A stretch of DNA of 63,904 nucleotides, filler included, from Octopus bimaculoides (Eukaryota), in NCBI RefSeq assembly GCF_001194135.2. It is 6 parts of 6 records of this genome, joined end to end, with 100 filler letters (N's around TTAATTAATTAA, not from the genome) between each part and the next. Parts side by side here need not be neighbours in the genome. Positions count along the whole stretch, not along the records: positions 48,243 to 56,021 come from NC_068982.1; positions 56,122 to 59,994 come from NC_068990.1; positions 60,095 to 62,543 come from NW_026395540.1; positions 62,644 to 63,904 come from NC_069005.1; 2 more parts are not named here. One strand, given 5' to 3'. Shown one piece after another: positions 50,402-63,904 of this stretch (its first letter is position 1; each line of letters opens with the position of its first letter). The notes under the pieces were generated by a model. That model saw nothing but the letters and a program-made list of their open reading frames with translations. It ran no database searches and was not told where the DNA came from. The translations under genes and the position numbers were made by a program.

Positions 50402-51402
50402 ANNNNNNNNNNNNNNNNNNNNNNNNNNNNNNNNNNNNNNNNNNNNNNNNNNNNNNNNNNNNNNNNNNNNNNNNNNNNNNNNNNNNNNNNNNNNNNNNNN
50501 NNNNNNNNNNNNNNNNNNNNNNNNNNNNNNNNNNNNNNNNNNNNNNNNNNNNNNNNNNNNNNNNNNNNNNNNNNNNNNNNNNNNNNNNNNNNNNNNNNNN
50601 NNNNNNNNNNNNNNNNNNNNNNNNNNNNNNNNNNNNNNNNNNNNNNNNNNNNNNNNNNNNNNNNNNNNNNNNNNNNNNNNNNNNNNNNNNNNNNNNNNNN
50701 NNNNNNNNNNNNNNNNNNNNNNNNNNNNNNNNNNNNNNNNNNNNNNNNNNNNNNNNNNNNNNNNNNNNNNNNNNNNNNNNNNNNNNNNNNNNNNNNNNNN
50801 NNNNNNNNNNNNNNNNNNNNNNNNNNNNNNNNNNNNNNNNNNNNNNNNNNNNNNNNNNNNNNNNNNNNNNNNNNNNNNNNNNNNNNNNNNNNNNNNNNNN
50901 NNNNNNNNNNNNNNNNNNNNNNNNNNNNNNNNNNNNNNNNNNNNNNNNNNNNNNNNNNNNNNNNNNNNNNNNNNNNNNNNNNNNNNNNNNNNNNNNNNNN
51001 NNNNNNNNNNNNNNNNNNNNNNNNNNNNNNNNNNNNNNNNNNNNNNNNNNNNNNNNNNNNNNNNNNNNNNNNNNNNNNNNNNNNNNNNNNNNNNNNNNNN
51101 NNNNNNNNNNNNNNNNNATATATATACATATATATATACGATGGGCTTCTTTCAGTTTCCGTCTACCAAATCCACTCACAAGGCTTTGGTCGGCCCGAGG
51201 CTATAGTAGAACACACTTGCCCAAGGTGCCACGCAGTGGGACTGAACTCGGAACCATGTGGTTGGTAAGCAAGCTACTTACCACACAGCCAGTCCTGCGT
51301 ATTTATCTATGTATTTATCTATCTGTCTGTGTGTCTCTCTGCTTACCTGCCTGCCTGCCTGCTTGTCTGCCAGCCTGTCTGCTGTCTGTCTGTCTATAGC
51401 TA

Positions 51403-51466
<64 letters not shown>

Positions 51467-54400
51467 ACCACCAACACCACCGTCACCACTCCCATCATCG
51501 TCATAATTTAATGTCCACTTTCCATGTTTAATGGCTTAACATATGAATGGTTTAACCATGTGAATGGTTTAACATGAGCTGGTGAGCCGGAGGACTGAGC
51601 CAAGCTCTACTGTCTGCTTTGGCATGGTTTCTATGGATAGGATGCCATTCCTAATGCCAACCACTTTACATACTGAATGTATTGGGTGCAAGAGAAGACT
51701 CCTCAACTGAAGATGGTAGCTTTATACCAAGTGATGAGGGGTTAGAGTATGATAGAAGGAGAGAAACAGGTGTCTTGCTGTAGAGAAGATACCTGACTAC
51801 ACCTGGCGGGAAAATAGAGAGAGGAGAAGAAGAGGAAAAAGGGAATAGATAGATAGATTGAAAGAGATGGTGAAAAAGATGTGTCGGGGCATACTCTCAA
51901 GGTTTTTCTTGTTGTTGTTGTTGTTGCTCTTCTTCTTCTTCTTCTTCTTCTTCTTCTTTTTCTTCTTCTTCTTCTTGCTGTTGTTGTTGTTCTTCTTCTT
52001 CATTTTCTCCTTGTTGTTGTTGCTGTTGTTGTTGTTGTACTCCTCCTTCTCCTCCTCCACCTCCGCCTCCTCCACCTCCTCCTCCTCCTCCTCCTCCTCC
52101 TCCAATCTCTAGATGGTGACCTAAAGGGGAAGCTCTCCCCTCAACCAGTATACTGCTGTGAGTGCCACCGGATGACGCATCCTGGTGATGATGTCATTCC
52201 ATGCTTCCCAACACATGACACTGGCTTTAAGGTCATGCTTGAGGTCAAGGCAGTGTTAGTCCAGAGTGTTCTTCCCCAGTCTGCTTTGCCCATGCTTTCT
52301 TTGGTGTGCGGTGCTGGGGCACCACCTTAGAGAACTTTTAGTTGAATGAATCGACTCCAGTAATTATTTTTTGTTTTTTAAAGTATGGTACTTATTCTAT
52401 CAATTGCTTTTGCTGAACTGCTAAGTTATGGGGATGTCAGCATACTAACACTGATTGTCAAGTTGTGGATGTGTGGGGACAAACACACACACAGACACAA
52501 AGACACATGCATACACATATACGATGGGCCTTTTTAGTTTCCATCGACCAAAGCCACTCACAAGGCTTTGGTTGGCCTGAGGCTATGATAGAAGACACTT
52601 GTCCAAGTTGCTATGCAGTGGGACTGAACCTGGAACCATGTGGTTGGGAAGCAAGCTTCTTATAATTTCAAAATAATTTTCAGACAAAAAGATGTGTAAT
52701 TTAACATAATTTGGAAAAATTTTTGAAAATTCTGAAAACTAAGAAAGCACTATGAGGGTTTACATTGTGTGATGGAACCAGAATTCCACTGAAAACATTT
52801 TGAAAACTGAAGAGAAATGAATTGCATATGCTTAGTAAGATCTGTAATATTTACTGTCAGCTTACAATTGAGGCATTTAGTAACAGAGTGTTGTAAGCAC
52901 CACCCTGGCCATTTTCAAGGTTAGTATCATTTTCTTTGTCTCGACATCTAGAATTCGAAAATGTTGGGAGGAAGAACCAGTGAAGCTTGCAATAAGGTCA
53001 AAAATCCGACTGAAAAAAATTGTACCTTGACGCTATTGACACGACGCTTACTCACTGAAACTTACATCAAACAGCTTAGTAACAAACCATCGGAAGCACA
53101 CACTCAATCAATAACTTTGGTGTGGTCTCTATATTGTTTTTTTTTTAAGTGTTATGACTCATTTCCTGTGGAGGCGCAATGGCCCAGTGGTTAGGGCAGC
53201 GGACATGCAGTCATAGGATCGCGGTTTCGATTCTCAGACTGGGCATTGTGAGTGTTTATTGAGTTAAAAAACCTAAAGCTCCACGAGGCTCCAGCAGGGG
53301 ATGGTGGCGAACCCTGCTGTACTCTTTCACCACAACTTTCTCTCACTCTTACTTCCTGTTTCTGTTGTGCCTGTATTTCAAAGGGCCAGCCTTGTCACAC
53401 TCTGTGTCACGCTGAATGTCTCCGAGAACTATGTTAAGGGTTCACGTGTCTGTGGAGTGCTCAGCCACTTGCACGTTAATTTCATGAGCAGGTTGTTCCA
53501 TTGATCAGATCAACTGGAATCCTCAATGTCGTAAGCGACGGAGTGCCAACAACAACATGGCTCATTTCCTAATATTCCTCCTTACCATCGTAACAATAAT
53601 GGGCTATTATCTTACTATCTTGTCTTACTTACCTCTTAAAGGTATATCAAAACACAAACAATACTTTTGGGATGGGTCTCTGTTTGTTTTTTCTAGATAT
53701 TATGGCTAAAATATGCAATGTGATACACAGTTTCGTAGTGCCAGTATATTCTACAAACTGAGAAAGACGCAGTCATTATTTCATCTTTCAGATGCATACA
53801 TAAATAAGTAATTTTACATAGGTGGAAGGATTAGAGGAGGCTTTTGCGGTTATTTTTAGACCAAAACCAGCTTCCTAACTTAATTCCTTACCGAGATATC
53901 GCATTCTAAAAGTCGCGAAACTTTGATCGCGTTTTTCTTGGTTTTTAAGTTGTGATGCTTATGACAGTCTGTTTCTAGACGCCTCAGTTGTTCAAGAGGC
54001 ACATTAACCTCGTCAGAGTCAATGGTCCTGGAGAGCCTGTGAAGACCATGGGAGAGCAGCTTCTTTCTTCATTTGGATGAAACCAATAAAATAAAAAGAG
54101 AAAAATTAAACACTGGGAAAATGGAGCACAAATGAATAACAATGTTGATGATAATGATGATGATGATGATGATGATGATGATAACGATGACGATGATGAT
54201 GACCTTGTATTTGATTGTCTGAAATCCTATCAATTTCAATAGCTACAGTTAANNNNNNNNNNNNNNNNNNNNNNNNNNNNNNNNNNNNNNNNNNNNNNNN
54301 NNNNNNNNNNNNNNNNNNNNNNNNNNNNNNNNNNNNNNNNNNNNNNNNNNNNNNNNNNNNNNNNNNNNNNNNNNNNNNNNNNNNNNNNNNNNNNNNNNNN

Positions 54401-54975
54401 NNNNNNNNNNNNNNNNNNNNNNNNNNNNNNNNNNNNNNNNNNNNNNNNNNNNNNNNNNNNNNNNNNNNNNNNNNNNNNNNNNNNNNNNNNNNNNNNNNNN
54501 NNNNNNNNNNNNNNNNNNNNNNNNNNNNNNNNNNNNNNNNNNNNNNNNNNNNNNNNNNNNNNNNNNNNNNNNNNNNNNNNNNNNNNNNNNNNNNNNNNNN
54601 NNNNNNNNNNNNNNNNNNNNNNNNNNNNNNNNNNNNNNNNNNNNNNNNNNNNNNNNNNNNNNNNNNNNNNNNNNNNNNNNNNNNNNNNNNNNNNNNNNNN
54701 NNNNNNNNNNNNNNNNNNNNNNNNNNNNNNNNNNNNNNNNNNNNNNNNNNNNNNNNNNNNNNNNNNNNNNNNNNNNNNNNNNNNNNNNNNNNNNNNNNNN
54801 NNNNNNNNNNNNNNNNNNNNNNNNNNNNNNNNNNNNNNNNNNNNNNNNNNNNNNNNNNNNNNNNNNNNNNNNNNNNNNNNNNNNNNNNNNNNNNNNNNNN
54901 NNNNNNNNNNNNNNNNNNNNNNNNNNNNNNNNNNNNNNNNNNNNNNNNNNNNNNNNNNNNNNNNNNNNNNNNNNN

Positions 54976-55013
<38 letters not shown>

Positions 55014-55675
55014 CACACACACACACACAATTATCTTTGCAGATATACAAACACAGTTACAGAAAATCAGAAAGATATCAGATAAGCAGAAAGGTTGTTG
55101 CTGATAATGTTTAGCTGAGTTCAGCCTCTATTGAGCAGAAATATGATCATCTCATTCCATACTCTTCAGGTTCAATCCCATTGCACAGCACCTTGAACAA
55201 ATGTCTTCTACTATTACACTGGGCTGACTAATGCCTTGTGAGTGAATCTGATAGATGGAAACTGTGTGGAAGCCTCTCTCTCTCTCTGTATATATGCATA
55301 TATATATGGATATAATATTATTATTACAAATTTGGGATTTTACCAATAGGACCACAACTTCAATTTCAGGACAACCTTATTTACTGGAGTACACTTAGAA
55401 AATTATATCCAAAATACTTATCTAATAATATAAGCATTTTAAAGCGTACTATAACATACAATAACAATAAAGTACATTAGAATTAATTATAAATTATTTA
55501 AACATATTTTTTAAAAATATATATATACCTTACCTGTTATTAGTCTGTGGGGAAAGAAGATAATATTATTCAATGCAACACACGTTTCAACACTGGTAGT
55601 TTGTTTTACCAGTCTATACCTAATACATAAATCCACCTGTGCATCCTCAGGCTATTTTCTTCTTTTTATTATTAT

Positions 55676-56020
55676 AACTAGCAGAGATACCCGGCGCTGC
55701 CCGTGTTACATGCAATTGAAAAATGAGACTTTTCTGTTATATTTTCTGTAAGGAACTGGAATACATATGATTCGAATTTCATCAAAATTGCACATGAGGG
55801 TTCTTTCCCTCTTTACACACCCTAAAAAAATTCTAATCATGAGACATGTATCCCATACTATTGATCTTTATGCGCATATTCCAAAATTTCAGTCTTCTGG
55901 AACCTGTAAAAAAGATTTTGCTTCTGCAAAATGGAGCTCATGGAGCTCTAAAATGTGGGAATGAAGGCTCCTATTGGGGGTGGGGGTGTTAATGTCAACC
56001 AGAGAAGTTGAATTGTTGGG
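55676..56020 (+). mobile_element. Helitron/Helentron-like non-autonomous element
   Basis: 5' end ACTAGCAGAGATACCCGGCGCTGCCCG is typical of non-autonomous Helitron-like families. Related motifs (GCCAAGTTTCATGA...GACAAACAG) occur at about 40640-40950. Confidence 0.55.
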
Positions 56021-56480
56021 ANNNNNNNNNNNNNNNNNNNNNNNNNNNNNNNNNNNNNNNNNNNNTTAATTAATTAANNNNNNNNNNNNNNNNNNNNNNN
56101 NNNNNNNNNNNNNNNNNNNNNATATATATATATATATGAGCGAGCGAAATGAGCAATACATCCGTAACAATATACGACAAAACCTTTTCTGTATATAAAA
56201 CTACAAATGTTGTTACATATTAATATATATATGTATGTATATATGTATGTATATAAGTATGTATGTATGTATGTATGTATGTATTTATGTATGTACTATC
56301 TTCCTTTGCTTAACACGCCAAACGCCTTCTTCTAAACTAATCTGAAGGATGTTGAAAACAGTAGGTTCTCTAAGTTCATTAATCTCTTCCATCTCAGTCG
56401 TCTTCATGTTTATCCTTTCTGGCTTACTTCCCTTTCTTTCGTCCTATCATTATTCCTCCTCCTTCTCCTCCCAATTCAGT

Positions 56481-56558
<78 letters not shown>

Positions 56559-56800
56559 CTTTCCTATTTCAAGAAATTCCTAGTTTGTCTCTTTAATCTA
56601 CCCTTGGCCCGTTTCTACTTATTTCGTATTATTCCCACCATGTCCATTCTTGCACTTCCGTGTCTTCGTCTTCTTTCCATTCTCTATTATCATCACCATC
56701 TTCATCATGTCTTTCCTCTTCTTCTCCTCCTCCACCTCNNNNNNNNNNNNNNNNNNNNNNNNNNNNNNNNNNNNNNNNNNNNNNNNNNNNNNNNNNNNNN

Positions 56801-56841
<41 letters not shown>

Positions 56842-56842
<1 letters not shown>

Positions 56843-57371
56843 TCTTCTTCTTTCTTCAAATTTTCTTCCATTTCTCGCCGACTGTTTTCCGTACACCTAG
56901 GGCAGAGAAGCTCATTGTATGCATTACCAGTTTACACGCCCAAATTCACAGGTAAATTATGTATGTAAAAAAAAATTAAAAATTGATAAATAAATAAATT
57001 CATGAATGGATGTTGTTTTCACAGCGATAATGCTCTTCTCAGTACATGTGTCGTTCTAGTTAAGAAGATTTTTTGTACTTTCTGTAGGGATGGTAAGCCT
57101 GGTATAATTTTCAAATAGGTTTAAGTACCCTTTTTTATCATTCCTAGAAATCCTACAATCACTGGTACGGTAGTCGCCTTCAGATGCTACATTTGTTTCA
57201 ATTTCTATTAGCAAGTCTTTATATTTACTGATTTTTTCAAATTCTTTCGCCGCTCTATTATGATCGCAAGGAATACGCATGTCAATTAATAAACACGACT
57301 TTTTTGTCTGCTCTTTTATAATAATATCCGGTTTAGTAGCTTTTATAATCAACACACCTTTTTTGTGTTTA
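56842..57371 (-). mobile_element. 3' fragment of an RLE non-LTR retrotransposon with 3' UTR
   Basis: KATKPDIIIKEQTKKSCLLIDMRIPCDHNRAAKEFEKISKYKDLLIEIE (PD-(D/E)xK endonuclease), then after a frameshift VPVIVGSLGMIKK...VLRRAL; (TAA)n on both flanks. Confidence 0.9.
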
Positions 57372-57412
<41 letters not shown>

Positions 57413-57413
<1 letters not shown>

Positions 57414-57647
57414 TAATATACACTGAACTTAGACTCTTGGAAAAGGAAAGAATCCTAACATCGGGCTACGACAAGTAGCCTTAGACGCCTAGACGCCAAT
57501 AGGAATTGGGTTAGAACAAGTAATCTTAGATGCTGTCCCTAATAACACTGTTTTCTGCAGCTGTACTAAACTGGGTTTTATGACAATTTCCTATATCCAT
57601 CTGTTCAGATCTTTAGGAATAGTTCCCAATAAACCTATAACTACTGG

Positions 57648-57650
<3 letters not shown>
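57413..57650 (-). mobile_element. Second RLE retrotransposon 3' fragment
   Basis: MPVVIGLLGTIPKDL...LQKTVLLGTA; (TAA)n on both flanks. Confidence 0.8.
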
Positions 57651-57683
<33 letters not shown>

Positions 57684-58978
57684 GGTTTCTTTTCTCTGCC
57701 TATATCATCAATCGGCATCTTTTTCTTCACACACATATATAACAGGTTTTTTTTCTAATTTGCGTATGTTGCCAATACATAAATGTTTAGAATAAATATA
57801 TTTACGTTAAGCATTGACTTTCCTATTCGGTATTATTTTTTGCTGTGTTTTCTTTCCTTGTATTAAGTGAATGCTTTTCTTGATTGTATTCTACGTCGAC
57901 ATACAAGATTTAGCTTCGTTGTTACGTTATCATGTTCAAACATTTTAGTTTACGTTAAAGGTACGTTTATCTTCTGTTTCAAAAAGTATAAACAAAATAA
58001 ATTCCAGAGTTATATGTACTCTAATACATTTATTTTTCTTCCGTTTTATTTACACAAAACAAATATATTTTCAAATACGTATTAGCATAGGATTTTTTAG
58101 GGTTTTGTTGCTGGGTGGTATAAGTACAGGTATCATCTTGTGTTGATTACATACAGACAAGGTATTTCAATGTAACAACATTGAAAAGCAGCTTTTTCTC
58201 GAAAGAAACAGTTCTTCCAATCACATTTAGACATGTCATTATAGGTGATAAGGAACTCAAACCGCCGAGAATTCGAAAAAAAAATGTCGTAATACATGTC
58301 GGCTCGGAGCAATCCAGCAGAAAATGTGAAAGATTAGTTTTCTTTAAGAAAATTTTTGAAGCGTGTAAAACGTGGCAACATCTTCAGAATAAGGCTGTTT
58401 TCTTTTGCTTTTTCCTCTTTCATCCTTTATTTTCCGACCACCATCTTGAATGCAGTGATCTGCATGAATCTACGGTTGTTTCCTTTATTTTCTTGGTATT
58501 GGCATCATCCTGAAATGTTTTTTTTCACTAGAGTAACATTCAGACACTTAGTGAAAGGCATTTATGTTTTTACTGAGAGTAGTTCCTTGCATGATGCCAC
58601 ATGCAACTCGATGTCATTTATAAGTGGAAATGTTTCTTCATTCTTTGGTTTTGTAAAACTTTGCATGAAGTCGAAATCCTTAGAAAATTAACTCCTTCGA
58701 TTCATTTGTGGGATGTCTATGCAAAATATGCTTTCATTTTAAAATATATTTCCGCTATATTTATGCTTTCAAAAAATATAAAGTATCATGGTTGTCAGCA
58801 TTGACATCTTCATCATCCTCCACTCTGGCCTCCACTTCTCCTCCTCTTTCTCCTCATTATCATCATCACCGTTATCAACAATGCCATCACGGTTATCATC
58901 GTCACCACCACCACCACCACTACCACCACCACCATCAACCCCTACCATCATCATCCCCTATCATCAGCCCCCCCCCAC

Positions 58979-59012
<34 letters not shown>

Positions 59013-60094
59013 GCCATCATCGTCGTCGTTGTCATCGTCATTGTTTCCCTCGTCATCATCATTGTAATCATGATCAGCAGAGTTATTCTTTTATTAATCA
59101 TCATTGTCATCACTGTCATGTTAAATATCATAAAAAGCTTCATCAAATCTCGTTTTTTCATCCTCATGAATCTGATAATCTGGTGGTAGCATCTTCATCT
59201 TCATCACCCTCTCTGACATAATCATTATCTGCAACATAGTCATTATTGTCAGTTTTTAATTTTAGGTTTCTTTAAATTCCAAGTGTCGATCTAAATTTCT
59301 ATATTTCATATTTCTATACCTTTTCTCTGCGAATTCAGGTGTGCATTAACGTGATTTAGAATATTAGCTGTGTCTTGAAATATGCATCTACCTGCATTCT
59401 TACCGTTAATATTTTCATTCACTCTAAAAGCAGTTTCAGGAATAAAACGATGTATAAAGTGTTATCTTACAATATTTGAAATTATTCGAAAGTCCTTTCA
59501 GTATCTTTCTCTAATCATTGTACGAAAGACGGCCGAGGCGTCGACGGGAAGTTCTAGTAGTAATTATTTGCGAAATATTATTTTCTGAATTTCAAACATT
59601 CTTCTCAAGACTAGTGCGAATCTTTGTTTTGAAGTAGGAACAGGAATCCGCAGTTCGAAACTATATGTGCGTGTGTCTGTGTATGTTTATGTGTATACAT
59701 GTATATGTTTTTTTTTATGTATCACACCAAAACTGGTGGTGCATCTTCTAGTTGATAACATTGAATAACAAACTGAACTGCCTAAGTGCAAATCGCCATA
59801 ATTTAGATAAACAATAGGAGTGGTCATTCAAATATCTTTCAAAACCACATGAGTAAGCGATTTTCTTTTCCAAAAATGTAAGCAGTGTACTGGACAGACT
59901 GTAAGCTACGCCTCGGTACAATTCATTTGTATTATTGACTATTATTGTAGACATCAGTTGCGCATTGCTAGATAAAAATTTATATATATATATANNNNNN
60001 NNNNNNNNNNNNNNNNNNNNNNNNNNNNNNNNNNNNNNTTAATTAATTAANNNNNNNNNNNNNNNNNNNNNNNNNNNNNNNNNNNNNNNNNNNN

Positions 60095-62543
60095 CGTACG
60101 TAGATACGTACGTACGCAGAATCGTACGTACGTATGATCATACGTACATACATACATATATAAATAGGTATCTATGCACTTACGTACGTACGTAGGTATG
60201 TACGTACGTACGTTAGTATGTATGTACCTACGTAAAAATGTATATATTTACGTACGTACATACGTACGTAGATATAAATGTACGTAACTACGTACGTAGG
60301 CATGTATGTACGTACGTAAGTACGTATGTAGGTATGTATGTACGTACGTACGTCCGTAGGTATCAGTGTACATACGTACATACGTACTTATCTATGTACA
60401 TACTTACGTACCTAGATATATATTTAAGTACGTACGTTGGTATGTTTGTACGTACGGACGTGCGTTGCTATGTAGGTACGTGTGTACTTACGGAGGTATG
60501 TATGTACGTACGTAAGTAGGTACCAATTTACATNNNNNNNNNNTACGTACGTAGATATTTACGTACGTATGTATCTATGTACGTATGTACGTACGTAGAT
60601 ATGTACGTACGTACTTACGTAGATATGTATTTATGTACATATATACGTAAATAGGTATGAATTTACGTAAGTACGTACGTACGTAGCTATGTNNNNNNNN
60701 NNTACGTACGTACGTATGTACGTACGTAGGTATCAATGTACATACGTACGTACGTAGGTATCCATGTACGTTCGTACGTTCGTAGATATGTAAGTACGTA
60801 CATACGTAGGTAAGTATGAACGTACATACGTAGGTATGTATGTACATACCTACGTGCGTAAGTATGTAAGTACGTACGTACATACGTACGTAGCTATATA
60901 TGTCATACGTACGTACGTAAGTGTCTATGTACGTACGTATGCAGGTTTATATGTACTTACGTGCGTACGTAGATATTTACGTACGTACGTAGATATTTAT
61001 GTACGTATGTAGATATATGTATGTACGTTTGTACATACGTACGTAGGTATTTACGTACGTAGCAACTAACGTAGGAACGAACGTAGGTAAGTACGTAGGT
61101 ATGTACCCAGTTACATATGTACGTACATAGGTACGTATGTACGTACGTAGTTAAGTACGTTTGTACGTACCTACGTATGTACCTAGGTATCTATGTACGT
61201 ACGTACGTACGTAGTTATTTATGAACGTAAGTTTCTTGATATATATGTACGTAAGAACGTAGATGTATATGTACGTGTGTAAGTACGTATGTATGTATGT
61301 ATATACGTACGTACGTACGTTGGTATAAATTTACGTACGTACGTAGGTATGTATGTACGTACGTAAGTACGTAGGTATGTATGTACGTAGGTATGTATGT
61401 ACGTACGAACGTACGTAATTATGTAGGTATGTACGTACGTACGTTTGTAGGTATGTAAGTACGCACGTTCGTACGGAGGTATGTACGTACGTAGGTATGT
61501 ACGTACTTCCGTACGTATGTAGGTATGTATGTACGTACGTACGTTGCTATGATTTACGTAGGTACGTAGGTACCTATGTATGTATGTATGTATGTACTTA
61601 CGTAGGTATGTATGTACGGACGTACGTATGTAGGTATGTACGTACGTAGTTACGTATCTAGTTACATATGTCCGTACGTAGGTACGTATGTACGTTGGGT
61701 CGTACGTACGTACGTACCTGTGTACATAGTTAACTTTGTACGGACGTACGTACGTACGTACATACAATGTATGTACGTACGTACGTATGTACGGAGGTAT
61801 CTATGTCCGTACGTACGTAGTTATGTACATACGTACGTACGTAGGTGTGCATGTACGTACGTAGCTATGAAGGAACGTAAGTACATACGTACGTAGTTAT
61901 GTATATACATACGTAAGTACGTAAGTACGTATAGAGGTATGTAGGTATGTAGGTATGTATGTACGTACGTACTTCGGTATGTATGTACGTACGTAGGAAC
62001 CAATGTACGTACGTACGTCGGTATGTAGGTACGTACGTAAATAGGTATGTATGTACGTACTTACGTAGAAATGTATGTACGTACGAATATAGGTATTTAT
62101 GTACGTACCAACGTACGTCGGTATCTATGTACGTACGTACGTACGTGAGTTGGTATGTACGTACGTACCAGGTTCGTAGGTTTGTACGTACGTACAACGT
62201 GCGTAGGTATGTACGTACCTACGTACAAAGGTATGCATGCACGTACGTACATACGTACGTAGGTATGAATGTACGTAAGTACGTATGTATCTACGAACGT
62301 ATGTTGGTACTATGTACGTACGTACGTAGGTAAATATGTACTTACGTAGGTATGTATGTACGGACGTACGGACGTAGGTATGTATTTACATACATACGAA
62401 CGTAGGCATGTACGGATGTATGTACGTAGGTATGTATGTAAGGACGTACGTACGTAGGTATGTATTTACATACATACGAACGTAGGCATGTATGTATGTA
62501 GGTACGTAAGTATGTATGTACCTACGCACATAGCTGTGTATGT
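60095..62543. repeat. About 2.4 kb (TACG)n-based palindromic simple satellite
   Basis: TACG units interleaved with TATG, TACA and TAGG variants; bounded by scaffold-join gaps. Confidence 0.95.
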
Positions 62544-63904
62544 NNNNNNNNNNNNNNNNNNNNNNNNNNNNNNNNNNNNNNNNNNNNTTAATTAATTAAN
62601 NNNNNNNNNNNNNNNNNNNNNNNNNNNNNNNNNNNNNNNNNNNGCTGTTCTGCGCTGCCAGTCATCCCCTACTCTCCCCACTCAATATTAACACCCACCA
62701 TTTCTCAACCCCACCCCATACTCTCCGGCAACCTCCACCCAACTACCCATTTCTACCCACCTCCTGCCTTGACGATCAATTCTGTCACTTCATCATCACT
62801 ATTTTTATCGCTTTGCTGCTCTACCGACCGATAACTCCCACCTTCACTTCTAAAATGCGAGTCACCATGTAGCTCCACCATGGCAACAAACCTATTATGT
62901 GAGTGGATTTGGTAGACGGAAATTGAAAGAATCCCGTCGTATATATATATATATATATTGATTGATAGATAGATAGATATATAGATGGATAAAACTTACT
63001 TGGAAAAGGATGTGTGGCGTTCGATCATTATATATATATATATATATGTATGTATATATATATATATATTTGTTTGTGTGTCTGTGCTTGCCTCCCCAAC
63101 ATCGCTTGACAACCGATGCTGGTGTGTTTACGTCCCTGTAACTTAGCGGTTCGGCAAATGAGACCGATAGAATAAGTACTAGGCTTACAAAGAATAGGTC
63201 CTGAGGTCGATTTGCTCGACTAAAGGCGGTGCTCCAGCATGGCCGCAGTCAAATGACTGAAACAAAAGAATACACACAACGCACACACACGTGTGTGTGT
63301 GTTTGTATGTGTGTTTGTGTATGTGTGTGTGTGTGAAACGTTTTTTCAGTCTGCCTTGGGACAAGGGAATTGAAATGGCTTTGAAAGAATTGTCAAGGTG
63401 TTATTTTAAAAAGAGATGACAGGTAGAAAATTAGGGCGACATTTCTCAGGTACTGCTGGAATTCTTTAGATGTTGGACAGGCACTGCACCTGTCCCTTCC
63501 CTCTACCTGTCCCTTCCCACACCACATATATCACTTCACTTCAGCACCAATCTCTAACTCACCTGCTAACGAAAGAAAATTACATTAAAAGGAAAAAAAA
63601 AACATTTGAAAATTGCATTAAATAAACCTTTTGAAAATAAGACAAAGAGAAAGTCGTACAGGTTGGAATCTGTAAGAAAACAGTTGTTTGTGTTGACAGG
63701 GATTGGTGTTGCTGTTGTTGTTAGAGGTAATGGTAGAGCGGGCGAGCTGACAAAACCGTTAGCACGTCGGATAAAAATATTTAGCAGCATTTCGTCCGTC
63801 TTTATGGTCTGAGTTCAAATTCCGCTGAGGTTGACTTTGCCTTCCATCCTTTCGGAGTCGATGAATTAAGAATCATTGAAACACTGCGGGTCAATGTAAT
63901 CGAC

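Overview
Eukaryotic, repeat-dense, gap-rich scaffold. It is most likely an octopus (coleoid cephalopod) draft genome; this is inferred from the tRNA-SINE families and microsatellite load, not searched. Two genes are on the + strand. (1) An internal part of RECK: 10 exons read by hand at 2296-17360, running from the CC4/CC5 domains to the first Kazal domain. One expected exon is missing, probably inside an N gap, and the 3' exons were not found beyond an artificial scaffold join. (2) The first coding exon (45024-45522) of a signal-peptide, LRRNT-type protein whose N-cap is split by about 115 extra residues. The rest is SINEs, RTE and restriction-like-endonuclease LINE fragments, mariner/hAT/Helitron-like remnants, microsatellites and a 2.4 kb palindromic TACG satellite. 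The strongest unexplained signals are: several unrelated minimal type I hammerhead-ribozyme motifs with palindromic stem III, one of them sense-oriented in a RECK intron (the gene that hosts the amniote HH9 hammerhead), and a perfect 85 bp inverted repeat bracketing two RECK Kazal exons. All alignments, translations and folds were done by eye, and repeat boundaries are approximate.
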